DNA from: Lama guanicoe
Taxonomy: Eukaryota
Reading direction: 5' to 3'
NCBI GenBank assembly: GCA_013239625.1
Contig: MU053873.1
Span: 386,524-446,523, forward strand
Length of the DNA: 60,000 bases
Translations under genes and position numbers: made by a program
Shown: positions 36,834-50,901 of the stretch, one piece after another
Layout: each line of letters opens with the position of its first letter
How positions within the stretch are numbered: position 1 is the stretch's first letter
Notes under the pieces: model-generated
Databases searched by the model: none
What the model was told of the DNA's origin: nothing
The model's input: the letters and a program-made list of their open reading frames with translations, nothing else

Positions 36834-39800
36834 AAGAAACGAAGGGTAGAAAAATCAGCTATGATACACTGACTTTAAAGGTGGCTTCTGAAGTGGATTT
36901 ATATCCAGCCAGTAACTAGAGGTAAAACAGGATTAAATTCAAAAAGACAAGTCAAGTCTAAGGGTAAGAATGAATTGACTGCATTAGATTTACTTCAAGG
37001 AAATCACTGTTATCTACTACAAGAAGCATCTGACATGTTTGAGAAATTATTTAATTTATTCTGCCAAAGATGAGAAGTCCATTAACACAGAAGTGCTTGT
37101 GTAAAAGTTTCCATAGGAGTAAAGTTCCAGGACAAGAAACAAACAATAGGAAGACTCACCAAAAAGACTGAGGCGGGTCTACTTCAATGGCGGCAATGAC
37201 TCCTCTTACCAATAACCACAACCAAATATCTACTTGGTTGGAAACAAGTATGTCATTGTGAAATATTGCCAACAAAATATTTTAAAAACTGCCCATGCCT
37301 CTTAGGACTATTTGCTAGATAAAGGCCATGCGGAGGTGAATCTGAAGGAAGCTCTCTAGTGCCACAAGCTACCTTCTCAAGAAACCAGAAGGTATCTTGT
37401 GTTACCAGTCATATATACCTCAAGAGTAGGAACAGTTCGGGTGACCTTGAACAGTCATATAACTCAAGAGGTAGAATGTAAAGTGGTTATGTTAAATCCA
37501 AGCAATTACTTAAAGTGTCTAACAAGAGATTCTTAAACACATTAAACCACTAATGAGCAGCTAGCCAGGGCAGTGAGGTGGGGCAAGGGTTAACTATGGT
37601 CACCCCTAAGTTCCATGGTGGGGGGTTGTTGAAAGAAAAAATCTTTCTGAAGTTACCTGAAATAAGAGAAAATTTTTACAATCATGTATTATACTATGGA
37701 CAGAATTTTATCTATTTTAAGAGAAAACCCTAAAAAGAAAAAAAACATACTTGATTATTAAATATTATAATACTGGATATTACTGTGCAGTTGCATTTTG
37801 GAGAGGGGAACCTAACAAAGCACAGTCTCCTTCTGTAAGAGAATGAGGTAGTGAGGTAATGATTTAGAGGAAGACCATGGAGGCCCCGAGAAGGCTAATA
37901 AGGAATGGACCCTGGCATGGAATAGCTTGTTTTCAACTGTATGCCACTACTGTATCAGTTGCAACATGGGCAAAGAGGCAAGGGGGCACACCAGTCTGAC
38001 CCATTTATATAATAAAAGAATCCAAACTACCAAAACCAATTAGACCAAACCAAATTCACAAGGGAAAACTTAGACTCAAGTCCAGTCCTCCTAAAATGTG
38101 TGTGTGTTTACTGGGGAGGGGACAAGGGTGGAAGAGGGTGCTAAAGTGTACCCTGGTCAAAAAAGTGCTGCTTTAACTTCAAAAGAAAAATGAAGTATTT
38201 CTTACAAAGTCCTGTCTCACTTTCAAATGCCCGATAATTACAGGTTCAAAACTTTTTAAGAAGGCAACATTGAACAAAAGAATACTTTCACAGTATGTCA
38301 AAGAAATGACTTTTCTTGCACATGCATTGCGTATAAAGAAAAACTGACAGCAAAACTTGAGTGTGGAGACAATATAAAGTAATTCAGAGATATTAAAATT
38401 TAAGTGAATTTACAACTGCCACTACTTCGGGCAAGTTTTTCAGCTTCTTAAGTATTTCCTCATTTATGTCTAGTAACTTTTTGGATATCTGATGGATGAT
38501 ATGATCTTCCCAAACTAGGATTCTATGGCATGTTTGGTAGATTAATTCCATGGTGATGAGATGATATAATCACTAGTGTTACTCAAAATCCAAGCATTTA
38601 TCAGTTCAGTAAAACTAGTGTGGTTTGGACTTACTCCCTGAACAGGACCCCAAATCTCAGGTTTTCTAAAACGTTTGTTGCTGAAGTCAACTATAAAAGA
38701 AAACAGAAACTGAAAGACAGTTCAAAAAGCATGACTGCATTCACCTGTTGTGATAAGTTCCCTGTGGTGAGGATCATTTTTTGACAAACACTTGGGGGTG
38801 ACAGGCACTGCTCTGGGCACTAGGAATGCAGCAGTTCCTACCCTTAAAGAGCTGCAATTCTAGTGTCAACTGCAATATTCTTATAGGGCTGAATGCCCTC
38901 AGTTGGACTTTTTCCCCTACTTATTCGGACCATGTTTTGAAAAAAAAAAAAAAAAGAAACAGTAAATACAAAATTAACTCAATGTACCTGGCTCAGTGAG
39001 ATCACCAACAAGACTTAAAAAAAATTTTTTTAATTTTAAAGATGTCACATGTCTTTTCTATCTCTTTTGGAAACACTAAAGTAAGGTCTATGCATTTTCA
39101 GGCATCTATAGACACAAATTCATGATCGGTGTGCTGCATTCCTCTGCCAGCTGCAGGGCACAGATAAGCAGCTAAAATATTATCATTTCCTAAGCAAAAA
39201 ACAACCAACTTCTTGAAAAACAAATCCAGTATAGTTGTCAGAAATGGTCAGATCACACTTCTGTATCAAAGAACCTTATACTGCTAATAAGTCTCTTGAA
39301 CCAGCAACACTTATAATATTCACTATGACAAGTAAAAGTTCTGTTTCAACAGATAATGAACATAGATCAGTCTTGTGTAATTCTGTGACTACATTAGTGG
39401 TACAGAGTGTGGTTCACTATCTCGCTAAGAGATTTACTTTTTTTTTAATGTGGGTAAATTCTTAATATATTTCTCATAGGAGGCTCTGCAACAGACAGAA
39501 TTTTAAACAGTAAGTTCATGATCAATACTTAAGATCATGTCTTAATTTAAGTGGCTGAAATACTGACAGCTGCTTTTCCAAATGTTACCCAAAAATGTGA
39601 AAAGTCAAAAGCAAAGAAACTGTGCTCTAGCAATTTTAGATATTAAGATCTGACCACACTTCAGATGTACTTTATTGCTTTTCACATCTCAAGTGGACAA
39701 AAGGAAGCCCTGATCATGTTCTCAGAAAAGATCAAATGATCAAACCAACTTTAAAAAAAAAAGTACAAACAAATTTGCTAATCACTTACTTTACAAGTGT

Positions 39801-40410
39801 TTCCCTTTTAAACTTAATCCTTATACAAAGGGTAGAAAGGTGGCGGAAGCATAAATAAAATCATACATGATGTCTTGGTGAAGACATTTTTCTGGTGGTG
39901 ATCAGAAAAGATTAAAACCAAAGATAATAAATCTGCTAAAATTTATTCAAGATTATTCAAAATTAATTTCAAGAAGTTTTTTTTTTTAAGGTTCTGACTT
40001 GCTCTTTATCATCACTTCTATACAGAAAACATTCACTTCATACTACTAACTCAGATGTATTAAATCATCAATAGGATTATACGGAATTTGAGTAATCTGT
40101 AATATTATTTTCCGACTACATATTCTCCATGAAAAGTTATAGAGCAAGCATCATTTTACTACTGAAATTAAGAATTTTAAATCTTGTTTTATAAGGCAGC
40201 ATTCAGGTTCACCACGGTAAATGAAGAAATGTTCCCTATCTCCTAAGAAAAAAACTTTGTAATTTAACAGAAAATAAAATATTTAAGTCTTGGTTATTAG
40301 GAAAAAATAGAAAATCCAGGCATTGAAATCACTAGAATTAACTAAAAACCAAGCAAGATCATTTTATGTAAGTGCCAGAGGTAGTTCAATATTTGTAACT
40401 GCTTTGGAGT

Positions 40411-40540
40411 GGGGTAGGGTATAGCTCAGTGGTAGACTGCAGGCCTAGCACGCAGGAGGTCCTGGGTTCAATCCCCAGTACCTCCACCAAAAGTAATAAA
40501 CAGATAAACCTAATTACCTCCGCACCCCGCCAAAAAATTT
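40411..40540 (+). mobile_element. Camelid tRNA-derived SINE
   Basis: gggtatagctcagtggtaga...ggtcctgggttcaatccccagtacctcc...aaacctaattacctcc. Confidence 0.9.
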
Positions 40541-43500
40541 TTGCTGTAAAAAGGTAAGACCAGCTCCAATACTGGAAAATCTTTCCTGACTTTTGTTTCT
40601 CTATTAATACTCTGACTATTTCCAAGGTCTACCCTTGGGAAATTAAGAGAAAGCAAATTCCTACACAATTAACATCCTGCCACTTACTCTCAGTCAACCT
40701 CTGGTGAAGAGCAAAGAAGTGGTTTGTTTCCCCCTGCACCCCTTCTTTCTCCCTTTCTTTGTTCCAAATCAGAGTTCTCACAGGCAATGTATAGGTCAAG
40801 TGTTCTATTTTTTAAAAAAGAAAAGATGTGCCCTCCAGAAATTCATACCTCCTCATGGAAACTTAGATTTTCCTAATTATAATCTTGTAATGACTCCTGC
40901 CCCTCTTATCAAATTATCTCTTAACATGGGATTGCAGGCTCCGTCCCTGCCTCCTACTGTTCAAAGAACAAAATTTCAATTGCATTTGCTTGGACCGAAC
41001 ACCTAAATGACCAATCCCTATGAAGATGAGCAGTTTTACAACAGGTTCTCAGAAAATTATTTAATAAGGCTTAAATTATGAGCTCCTATTTCTTATGTAC
41101 ACAATAGAAAAACTACTGAGTGAGATAGGTAGCAAAGACCAAAAATGTGATTTTTTTAAATAAAGGCAACTAAAAAATTATGCAAAATCCAACATACTAA
41201 TGTCATTTTATAGTCTGCAAATTTACAATTCTTATTCCAATATGCTATGCTTCTGGACCTGGCCCTAAACGTATTTCCCTCCACTCAGTCTTATGAAGTT
41301 TAACAGGCATCAAAATGGACAAAGACCAGAAAGCTGAATAAAAATGCAAATCCATTCATTAAGCATACAATTTAACAATGAAGAGAAGAAACAGATTTTA
41401 ATTTTCAACTGCTGTCATCTCAATTAGAAACAGTCCAACTCTAGCTAGCCAATAGGTACATTCAGAGAAGAGAGAAAAATTTAAATAGTAGAGGCTGTTT
41501 GTGCAACAAAAAGAATCCACTCTTCCAAAGGCCTAGTTAAAATTTATATTCTGGCAATTAGGTAGGGGGCTACTCAGTTTTGAAAACAATGAAAACCCAA
41601 ATAACCTCCAATAACCACACACACAATATGGGCTTTTTTAAAATGGTAAGCTCAGATACCTGTTCTTTAGAAGCAGTTCTGCTCAATTATTAAATAGCCA
41701 AAAGACTAGAAATTGTCTTGACCAGAACACCACCTTAATCCTTTTAAGACCACACAATTCAACAGATCCCCAGAAAAATACCCACCTTTTTAAACTGGTA
41801 ATATTACTATCCCGTGTAAACAGAGAGAAATATGTAACTGCCATCCAAATATATACAGAAAGAAAAAACTTTTTCAGCTAAAGTTAAAAAGCAGAATTCA
41901 TCAATATGTTTTAAGGAGGGCAAAAGTCTTAAGCTAGTAAGAAATAAAACTATTAAGAAATAAAACTATTAAGTAAAAAGGGTTTCTCCTTTGTGTTAAA
42001 ATAACTGCACCTAAAATAACCACTGAGAAAAAACTCAGTCAAGTCATGGGTTCACATTAAAGACAAAAAACAGGCCCTGCATTTTTTAAATTCTTAAGCT
42101 ACCATTTTGCTTAACTCGTTAATCCAGCAAAGGAAAGGGATGGTGTTTTTTTTTAACGCACACTGGCTAAATTACCTATATTCATACTAAACACATCAAA
42201 ATGTAAGTAAAATATTATATAAAACAAGATGAAAATTTCTCAGACATACAGTCTTATTATCAACCTATTCTACACACATTGAGGATTCTGGTATATGGTT
42301 TATACATTAAAAAACTTAAGTACTATTCATTTCAGCATGAAAAACAATCTACACAGAGGTAACTGGAATTCTCAAGTTTCCAATATGCATGTGAACATAA
42401 CTATTACAAATCACACCTTCAAGTCATTCATGTTTCTTGCATTTTCCAACATGAAAATAGTTTTGTCAAAGAAACTAATGTCTAAAGAGGTGGAAGGAGT
42501 AACGCATTTATTCAAGTAAGCATCAGGCCTATGAATGGACAAAACATTCTGTACTACTGTTTCTAGTCAGGACACACATATGCTAAAATGCAAAGAAAAA
42601 AAAGGGCCTTGGGAAGAGCTTACACTTTTCTATTGATTTATATATTCAACACTAAACCTAAACCTATATTCTACAGCACATAGTTATTTTTTCAAGCGTT
42701 TCCTTGGTATGGTATACATACCATTGGTGATATCTGAGATGACCAAATACCTTTTTAAAAAACTATATAATGTATGCTAATGAACACTGGAAAAAAACAT
42801 TCTGCATTTAATTGACTCTGAGATGCCAACAAACTCAAGGTACAACATTAAACTGATATACCATTAAGAAAGTAGAAAACTTGATTTTAATGCAATCCCA
42901 TTTGGTATACAGACACTGCAAAAAATCAAGTAAGTGCTTAAATATTAACGAGAGGTTTAGGTGGTACTGCACTATATGCTAATACAAACTCATCATAATA
43001 GAAAATGTAATGTAACTAGAGAGTAGGAAGGATCTATATAATTGTCTTTCCTCAGGCTACTTTATTCTCTCAATTTCCTTCATCAGATCTATTTTTCTAA
43101 GCCATTAAAAGTCTGAAAGCATTCATAAGCAGGCCTGAGCAGGGCCACACGCAACAATATCCAGTCCTTCCCCACACAAAAGATAAGCCCCTCTCAAGGT
43201 TTCTGCTACTGCACGTGAGACTCCCACAAGCTTCCCCAATCCCGGCTGCTATTGCTGGCACAGTACCATAGCACCACATCACCTCTGGACTGTCAATGTA
43301 GCACCTCCAACTCTACACATTCTAAACAGAATCCATCACTGGCTTCCCTTCCCTCCCCTCACCGTGTCTTCTTAGTATTCCACTGAGAATCTTGGTCAGC
43401 GTAGGTCTTCAAGGCTAGAGGTCATCTGACTATTTCCAATAACAAAATCTGACACCATTTCCCCACTGCTTTGTTTGAAATGCTCAATTTCCATCTTTCC

Positions 43501-44084
43501 ACTCCATGCCACCAATGCCACCACCACTGATCTAGAAAAATGGTTCTCAAACATCAGCTGAATTAAATTTACTTAGACCTTACTACCCAAGAAACAAAAA
43601 AAACCAGTTACAACCGAACTTACAACAAAACTGATTCTGGTCAATTCCCCTTTTATCACCACCTGGCATATCCCATCCTGTCAACAGACGTTTCAATAAA
43701 AAGTTCCTCCTCAAAAAAAGATAAGCCCTATGACATACATATCCAGAATTAACAACTTGTGGCTTCTTTAAAATTTTTCACACATGAACTTCTGCCACTG
43801 CTACTACCTTTGCCCCATTCACTCATACCACTTTATCCATCTGGATGAACCCAACATATCCTTCAATCCTTTACTTGAAAACGGTACCTTCACTGTGAAA
43901 GCTTTCCCTGCAGAGTTCACTATGTGCTTTTGATACAGCTCCATTTTATAACACTCACTACATATTATTTACATTTCTATCTGTCCTGCTATACATATTA
44001 TGATTACCTAGCTAGGTCATTTACCTACTCAATATCTGAAACCAAGGGCCTTACATTATCTGTTAACAAGAAGCATTACAATAT

Positions 44085-44220
44085 AGCTTATTAGGTAAGA
44101 GCACAGGTTCTGGACACAGACTGTTTTTATAGTTGTGAATTTTGGCTCCAAACTTACTTGTATCACTTTAGGAAGTTCACTCAGTTTCCTCATCTGTAAA
44201 ATGGAGATAACATTAGTAGT
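44085..44220 (+). mobile_element. MIR SINE remnant
   Basis: taagagcacaggttctgga...ctcagtttcctcatctgtaaaatggagataa. Confidence 0.7.
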
Positions 44221-44557
44221 TTTCTAATCAACGTTCAATGAATACTAATTATGACGAGGATGAGACATGCTCCGTAACTACTTTCTGGATTAAAAAAAGA
44301 AACATAATTTAGGTAAATACAAAAAATTAACCACAGCCTTCTATTACCTACCCATTTAATAAATGTTTCAACCACATCAATGTCCATTTAAAACCTCTAT
44401 ATTCTAGCTCTTACCATAAATCCAAGTCTGCCTCTCTCCCTTCCAACTCTCTAGCCCTCTCCCTCTCCCTCAGTCTCCCAAACACACACAGGAAAGTTCC
44501 CTCAAGGGCTACTCAAAGTGTTTTGATCAATCAATGAAATCTTTCCCCTTCGAGGTG

Positions 44558-45120
44558 TTTTTTTTTCCTTTTGAGGTATAGTTGATTTACAACATTATTT
44601 AAGTTTCAGGCGTACAAATTCAGGTGTACAACATAGTGATTCACAATTTTTAAAGGTTATTCTCCATTTATTATTACTATAAAACATTGGCTATATTCAT
44701 TGTGCTGAACAATACATCCTTGTGGCTTATTTATTTTATACATAATAGTTTATACCTTTCATCCCCTACCCCTATCTTGCCCTTCTCCCCACTGTCACTA
44801 GAGTGCTCTCTATATCTGAGTCTTTTTGTTATATTCACTAGTTTATTTTTTAGATTCCACACATAAGTGATATCATGCAGTATTTTGTATTATTTCACGA
44901 AGCATAATATTTTCCATGTCTATCCATGTTGTTGCAAATGGCAACATTTCGTTCTGTTTTATGGCTGAGTAGTATTTTTACGGCTGAGTAGTATGTTCTT
45001 TATCCATTCATCTCTTGATGGACACTTGGGTTGCTGCTGTAAATAATGCTGCCATGAACACTGGGGTGCATATATATTTTCAAATTAATATTTTCATTTT
45101 CTCCAGATACATATTCAGGC
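44558..45120 (-). mobile_element. L1 3' fragment
   Basis: Reverse L1: tttagattccacacataagtgatatcatgcag...tatccattcatctcttgatggacacttggg. Confidence 0.85.
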
Positions 45121-45175
45121 TTATGAGTTAGAAATCCTAAAAGTTTTTCCCATAAGCAATTAAAAATAAGTATTG

Positions 45176-45300
45176 AGGGAGGGTACAGCTCAACTGGTAG
45201 AGTGCATGCTTAGCATACCCCAGGTGCTGGGTTCAATCCCCAATACCTCCATTAAGTAAATAATAAGTACACCTAATTATCAACCCCCTCAAAAAAAAAA
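45176..45300 (+). mobile_element. Camelid tRNA-derived SINE
   Basis: gggagggtacagctcaactggtagagtgcatgcttagcat...ctgggttcaatcccc, poly-A tail. Confidence 0.9.
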
Positions 45301-45920
45301 TAGTATAGGTGATAATTCTCATTACAATCACAGGAAAATTGCAGTGCTTTCTACTTTCCTGTCCCAGCATTACACCAAAAATAGATAATATATGACCCTA
45401 CAGTAAACCGTACTTTCATCTAATAATCAAAAATTTCTTGACGCCAATAGGAACTTTGGTAACAACTGCAGTATCAGTCCTGAACTGCTTTTAACATAAT
45501 GCAGCTTTTGTGTAAAATGAGGGTCATTTTTGTAAAGATAAAAATAGATAAAAGTGACAGCAAAAGGGAGATGATCTTAATCCTCTTTGATCTCTTTAAG
45601 ATCATCATATAAAAGTAGGAATCCTTATGATCAAGCTACTCCTAAAGCATCTTTTTTATGTTCTGTTCTTTGTGTAATAATTTTACTTCTATCTTGAAAA
45701 TTGGATTCCTTCTCTGTCCTTTTCTCAATCTTTCTTGAATTGACAAAGGAAGAACTGACAAGTTCATAAATAAGTGAGATTATACAGTAGTTCTTCCAAT
45801 TTGAAGCTAAGATAATTTCAGTCATATACATTTAATGGTTTCTGATAACTGGCAAAGAACTTGAACAGTACTGCATCCACATGAATACCTGACTTAACAG
45901 CATCAGAAAGTATGGAAATA

Positions 45921-46007
45921 GGAGAGTGGGTACAGCTGAATGATACAGCGTGTGCTTAACATGCACAAGGTCCTAGGTTCGATCTCTAATACCTACACTA
46001 AAAAAAA
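45921..46007 (+). mobile_element. Diverged camelid SINE with 14-bp TSD
   Basis: gggtacagctgaatg...ggtcctaggttcgatc; TSD aaagtatggaaata (45907-45920) / aaagcatggaaata (46008-46021). Confidence 0.85.
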
Positions 46008-46459
46008 AAAGCATGGAAATAATATGTGGCATACTACCTTGAAAGAACAAATGCCAATTTTTTAAAATAATTTTTTAAGTGACAGCAAGAACAAGGAGAG
46101 AAGTCTCTAACAAGTATAACCTCATACTAATGAGTCAACTGTAGCCAGCTATTAAAGTTTTATTAGCAGTTAACTTTTATTAAGCATTTCTCTGTCAGGC
46201 ACTGTTTTAAAAGTATTATATATACTAAATTAATGCCAGAATAATTTTATAAAGTAGCAAACATTATTCTTGCCATTTACAGTTGAAAAAACAGATACAC
46301 AGATAAGTAACTTTCTTGAAGTTATACTAGCTAAGTTGAAAAGCCAGAATTCAAATCTAGGCATCCTAGCTCTACAGTTTACATGTAAAACATCTATAGC
46401 ATAGCACCTCTCTATATGTAAAATTTGACGCTGACTATACTGGTCATAAAGAGTATCCA

Positions 46460-46632
46460 TAAACAACAAGTTTATATTGCATAGCACAGGGAACTATATT
46501 CAGTACTTTATAGTAACTTATGGTTAGAAAGAATATGAAAATGAATGTATGTATGTTCCTATATGACTGAAGTATTGTGCTGTACACCAGAAGTTGACAC
46601 AACATTGTAAACTGACTATACTTCAATAAAAA
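46460..46632 (+). mobile_element. Short young L1 3' tip
   Basis: taaacaacaagtttatattgcatagcacagggaactat...aactgactatacttcaataaaa. Confidence 0.8.
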
Positions 46633-49081
46633 TGTATTTTATAAAACAGATAAAGGATGGCAAGTGGAAACTTTTGGAGGTGATGGATAAGTTTATGGAC
46701 TTGACTGTGGTGATTTCAGTGTATACTTATCACTAAACTCATTAATAAAGATTTTTTAATATGCACAAATGTATACATTAAATATGCATAGCTTTTTGTA
46801 TGTCAATCATGCCTTAATAAAATGGTTTAAAAAAGGAAAAAAAAAGAATTCAAGTAAGGAGCCCCTGTATATTAAGAACGTATTTCTTGTATACTTATTA
46901 TATGTCCTACTACATTTTTCAAAGAATACAGGCTTTGATACTGTTTCATTCTCCCACAAAACTAGAGATTTTCATCAGTGTCTTATTAACCACTGTCTCA
47001 AGTACACTACTTGACACATGTTCCTAAAAATCTGTATCCTTTACAACCTCTTCTCACTTGTCAAGGTAACTCTGAACTCTAATTCTATCTGCCAAGAGGC
47101 TGACAAGTCATATGTGAACTTAATGAGCATACTTCGCATTTCATCATCTATATCACTGTTAACATTATATAGTTGAGAGCTCTATTCTAACCCTGTTAGA
47201 AAAAAAAATTGTTCCCTCTCTCTTATCTGACAGCAAACCACCAGTAACAATAAATATGACCCTCTAAATTGGTTTTGCACCATTTAGTAATAAGACATTT
47301 TCATCCCTTATGGATGAAGGTGCCACCAGAGATAATTAAAAGCTTTTCTCAAGTTAAAATATATCAGTTGCTTGCCTCTGTTCCACAGACCTGCCCCCAT
47401 AAGAATATTACTTTAAAGAAGAAAATTACAGGCCAATATCACTGATTAACATAGATGGAAAAATCCTCAACAAAATACTAGCAAACCAAATCCAACAATA
47501 CATTAAAAGTATCATACACCATAGTCAAGTGGGATTTATCCCAGAGATGGAAAGATTTTTTTAATATCCACAAATCAATGTAATACACATTAACAAACTG
47601 AATAAAAACTATATGATCATCTCAATAGATGCAGAGAAAGCTTTTGATAAAATTCAGCAACCATTTATGACAAAAACACTCCTAAAAGTGGGCATAGAAG
47701 GAACATACTTCAACATACTAAAGGCCACATATGACAAACCCACAGCTAACATACTCAGTGAAAAGCTGAAAGTATTCCCTCTAAGATCAGAATCTAAACA
47801 AGAATGCCCGCTCTCACCACTTTTATTCAACATAGTTTTGGACATCCCAGCCACAGCAATCAAAGAAAAAGAAACAAAAGGAATCCAAATTGGAAAGGAA
47901 GAAGTAAAAGTGTCACTGATGCACATTACATGATATATACATAGAAAATCCCAAAGATGACAAGAGAAAACTACTAGAGCTCATTAATGAATTCGGTAAA
48001 CTGTCAGGATACAAACTTAATACAAAGAAATCTGCTGCATTTCTATACACTAACAAAGTATCAGAAAGAGAAATTAAGAAAAAAATCCCATTTACCATTC
48101 CATCAAAAAGAATAAAATATCTAGGAATAAACCTACCCAAAGAGGCAAAAGACCTGTACTCCAAACAAAAACTGTCAAGATGCTGATGAAAGAAACTGAA
48201 TATGACACAAACGGAAAGATATACTGTGTTCTTGGACTGGAAGAATCAAGACTGTTAAAATGAGTAAACTGACTACACTTCAATTTAAAAAAAGAAATCT
48301 GATTACCCCCTCCCCCCGCAAAAAACTGTTAAAACGCCCATACTACGCAAGGCAATCTACAGATTCAATGCAATCCCTATCAAATTACCAATGGCATTTT
48401 TCAGAGAACTGGAACCAAAAAATGTAATTTGTATGGGAACACAAAAGACCTCAAATAGTCAAAACAATCTTAAGAACAGAGCTGCAGGAATTATGCTCTC
48501 TGACTTTAGAATATATTACAAAGCTACCATAATTAAAACAGTATGGTACTGGCACAAAAACAGACCCATCTCTCAGTGAACAGGCTAGAAAGTCCAAAAA
48601 GAAACCCACACATTTATGGCCAATTAATCTACGAGAAAGGAGGCAAGAATATACAATGGAGAAAAGGCAGTCTCTTCAGTAAGTGGTTCTGGAAAACTGG
48701 ACTGCTACATGTCAAAGAATGAAAACAGAACATTCTCTAACACCATATACAAAAATAAACTCAAAATGGATTAAAGACCTAAATTTAAAACTGCATACTA
48801 TCAAACTTCTAGAGGAAAATAGAGGCAGAACACCAACATAAATCACAGCAGCGCTTTTTTGGATCTGTCTCAGAGCAATGGAAACGAACAAAAAAAGTGG
48901 GGTTTCCTAATTAAACTTAAAAGGAAAGGAAACCATGAACAAAAGAAGACAACCTACTGAATGGGAGAAAATATTTGCAAATGTGACCAAAAAGGGATTA
49001 ATTTCCAAAATACACAACAGCTTATACAATTCAGTATTAAAAAAAAAGAAAGAAAGAAACCCAATCAAAAAATGGGCAGAA

Positions 49082-49863
49082 TGGCTGTCATTCAAAAATC
49101 CACAAATGACAAATGCTGGAGAGGCTGTGGAGAAAGGGGAACCCTCCTACACTGCTGGTGGGAATGCAGTTTGGTGCAGCCACTATGGAAAACAGTGTGG
49201 AGAATGCTCAAAACACTAGGAATAGACCTACCGTATGACCCAGGAATCCCACTCCTGGGCTTGTATTCAGAAGGAACCCTACTTCAGGATGACACCTGCA
49301 CCCCAATGTTCATAGCAGAATTATTTACAATAGCCAAAACATGGAAACAGCCTAAATGTCCATCAACAGGTGACTGGATAAAGAAGATGTGGTATATTTA
49401 TACAATGGAATACTACTCAGCCATAAAAACTGACAACATAATGCCATTTGCAGCAACATGGATGCTCCTGGAGAATGTCATTCTAAGTGAAGTAAGCCAG
49501 AAAGAGAAAGAAAAATACCATATGAGATCGCTCATATGTGGAATCTAAAAAACAAAAACAAAAACAAACAAAAACAAAGCATAAATACAGGACAGAAACA
49601 GACTCACAGACAGAGAATACAGACTTGTGGTTGCCAGGGGGGTGGAGGGTGGGAAGGGATAGACTGGGATTTCAAAATTGTAGAATAGATAAACAAGATT
49701 ATACTGTATAGCACAGGGAAATATACACAAAATGTTATGATAACTCAGAGAAAAAAATGTGACAATGAGTGTGTATATGTCCATGAATGACTGAAAAATT
49801 GTGCTGAACACTGGAATTTGACACAACATTGTAAAATGATTATAAATCAATAAAAAATGTTAA
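49082..49863 (+). mobile_element. Younger L1 3' fragment nested in the older L1, with intact ORF2 C-terminus (CCHC region)
   Basis: [19 protein letters not shown]...KYHMRSLICGI open without stops; TSD aaaaaatgggcagaa at 49067-49081 and 49864-49878. Confidence 0.92.
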
Positions 49864-50319
49864 AAAAAATGGGCAGAAGACCCAAACTGATGTTTCTCCA
49901 AAGATGACAGATAGGTGGCCAACAGGCACATGGAAAGATGCTCAACATTATTAATTATTAGAGAAACACAAATCAAGACTACAATGAGGTCTCACCTCAC
50001 ACCAGTCAGAATGGCTATCATCAAGAAGTCTACAAATAAATGCTGGAGAGGGTGTGGAGAAAAGGGAACCCACCTACACTGTGGGTAGGAATGTATATTG
50101 GCATAGCCACTATGAAGAACAGTATGGAAGTTCCTTTAAAAACTGAAAACAGAGTTGCCATATGATCCAGCAATCCCTCTCCTGGGCATATACCTGGGAA
50201 AGATGAAAACTAATTCAAAAAGATACATGAACCCCAATGTTCATAGCAGCACCATTTACAATAGCCAAGACATAGAAGCAACCTAAATGTCCATCAACAG
50301 ATGAATGGATAAAGGTGGG

Positions 50320-50326
<7 letters not shown>

Positions 50327-50358
<32 letters not shown>
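50327..50358. repeat. (TA)n microsatellite inside L1
   Basis: Directly visible tatata... run preceded by (GT)n. Confidence 0.95.
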
Positions 50359-50360
<2 letters not shown>

Positions 50361-50901
50361 GGAATACTACTCAACCATAAAAAAGAATGGAATGCCATTT
50401 GAAGCAACATGGATGGACCTAGAGATTATCATACTAAGTGAGGTAAGTCAGAAAGAGAAAGACAAGTATCCTATGATATCACTTATATGTGGAATTGAAA
50501 AAAATGAACTTATTTACAAAACAGAAATAGACTTACCGACACAGAAAAACTTATGGTTACCAAAGCAGGGGAGGGGAGGGGAGCAGATAAACTAGGAATT
50601 TGGGAGTAACAGATACACACTACTATATACAAAACAGATAACAAAGACTTGCTGTATAGCACAAGAAACTATGGTCAACATCTTGTAATAACCTATAATG
50701 GAGAAGAATCTGAGAAAGATCTATGTATAAGTGAATTACTTTGCTGTACACTTGAAACACTGTAAATGAACTATACATCAATAAATTTGTAAAGATTGTA
50801 AAAATAAAAAAGAATATTACTTTGTAGGACAAACTGTCTTTCAAAGCTATGCAGTTTATTTCATTTTTAAAGTCTTCTCAGTTTTAGATTACCCCAAGGG
50901 C

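Larger units (their letters stand above)
47415..50809 (+). mobile_element. 5'-truncated L1 (disrupted ORF2 reverse-transcriptase to 3'UTR) with perfect 14-bp TSD, carrying nested insertions
   Basis: ORF fragments [18 protein letters not shown]...[12 protein letters not shown] (47613) and [17 protein letters not shown] (48391) are L1 ORF2; TSD aagaatattacttt at 47401-47414 and 50810-50823. Confidence 0.95.

Noticed and set aside
40411..40485. tRNA-like sequence with A and B boxes
   Set aside because: Followed by a SINE tail and present as four diverged copies; a SINE head, not a tRNA gene
48961..49548. Longest ORF in the window (195 aa)
   Set aside because: It is L1 ORF2 C-terminal sequence joined across a nested insertion, not a host gene
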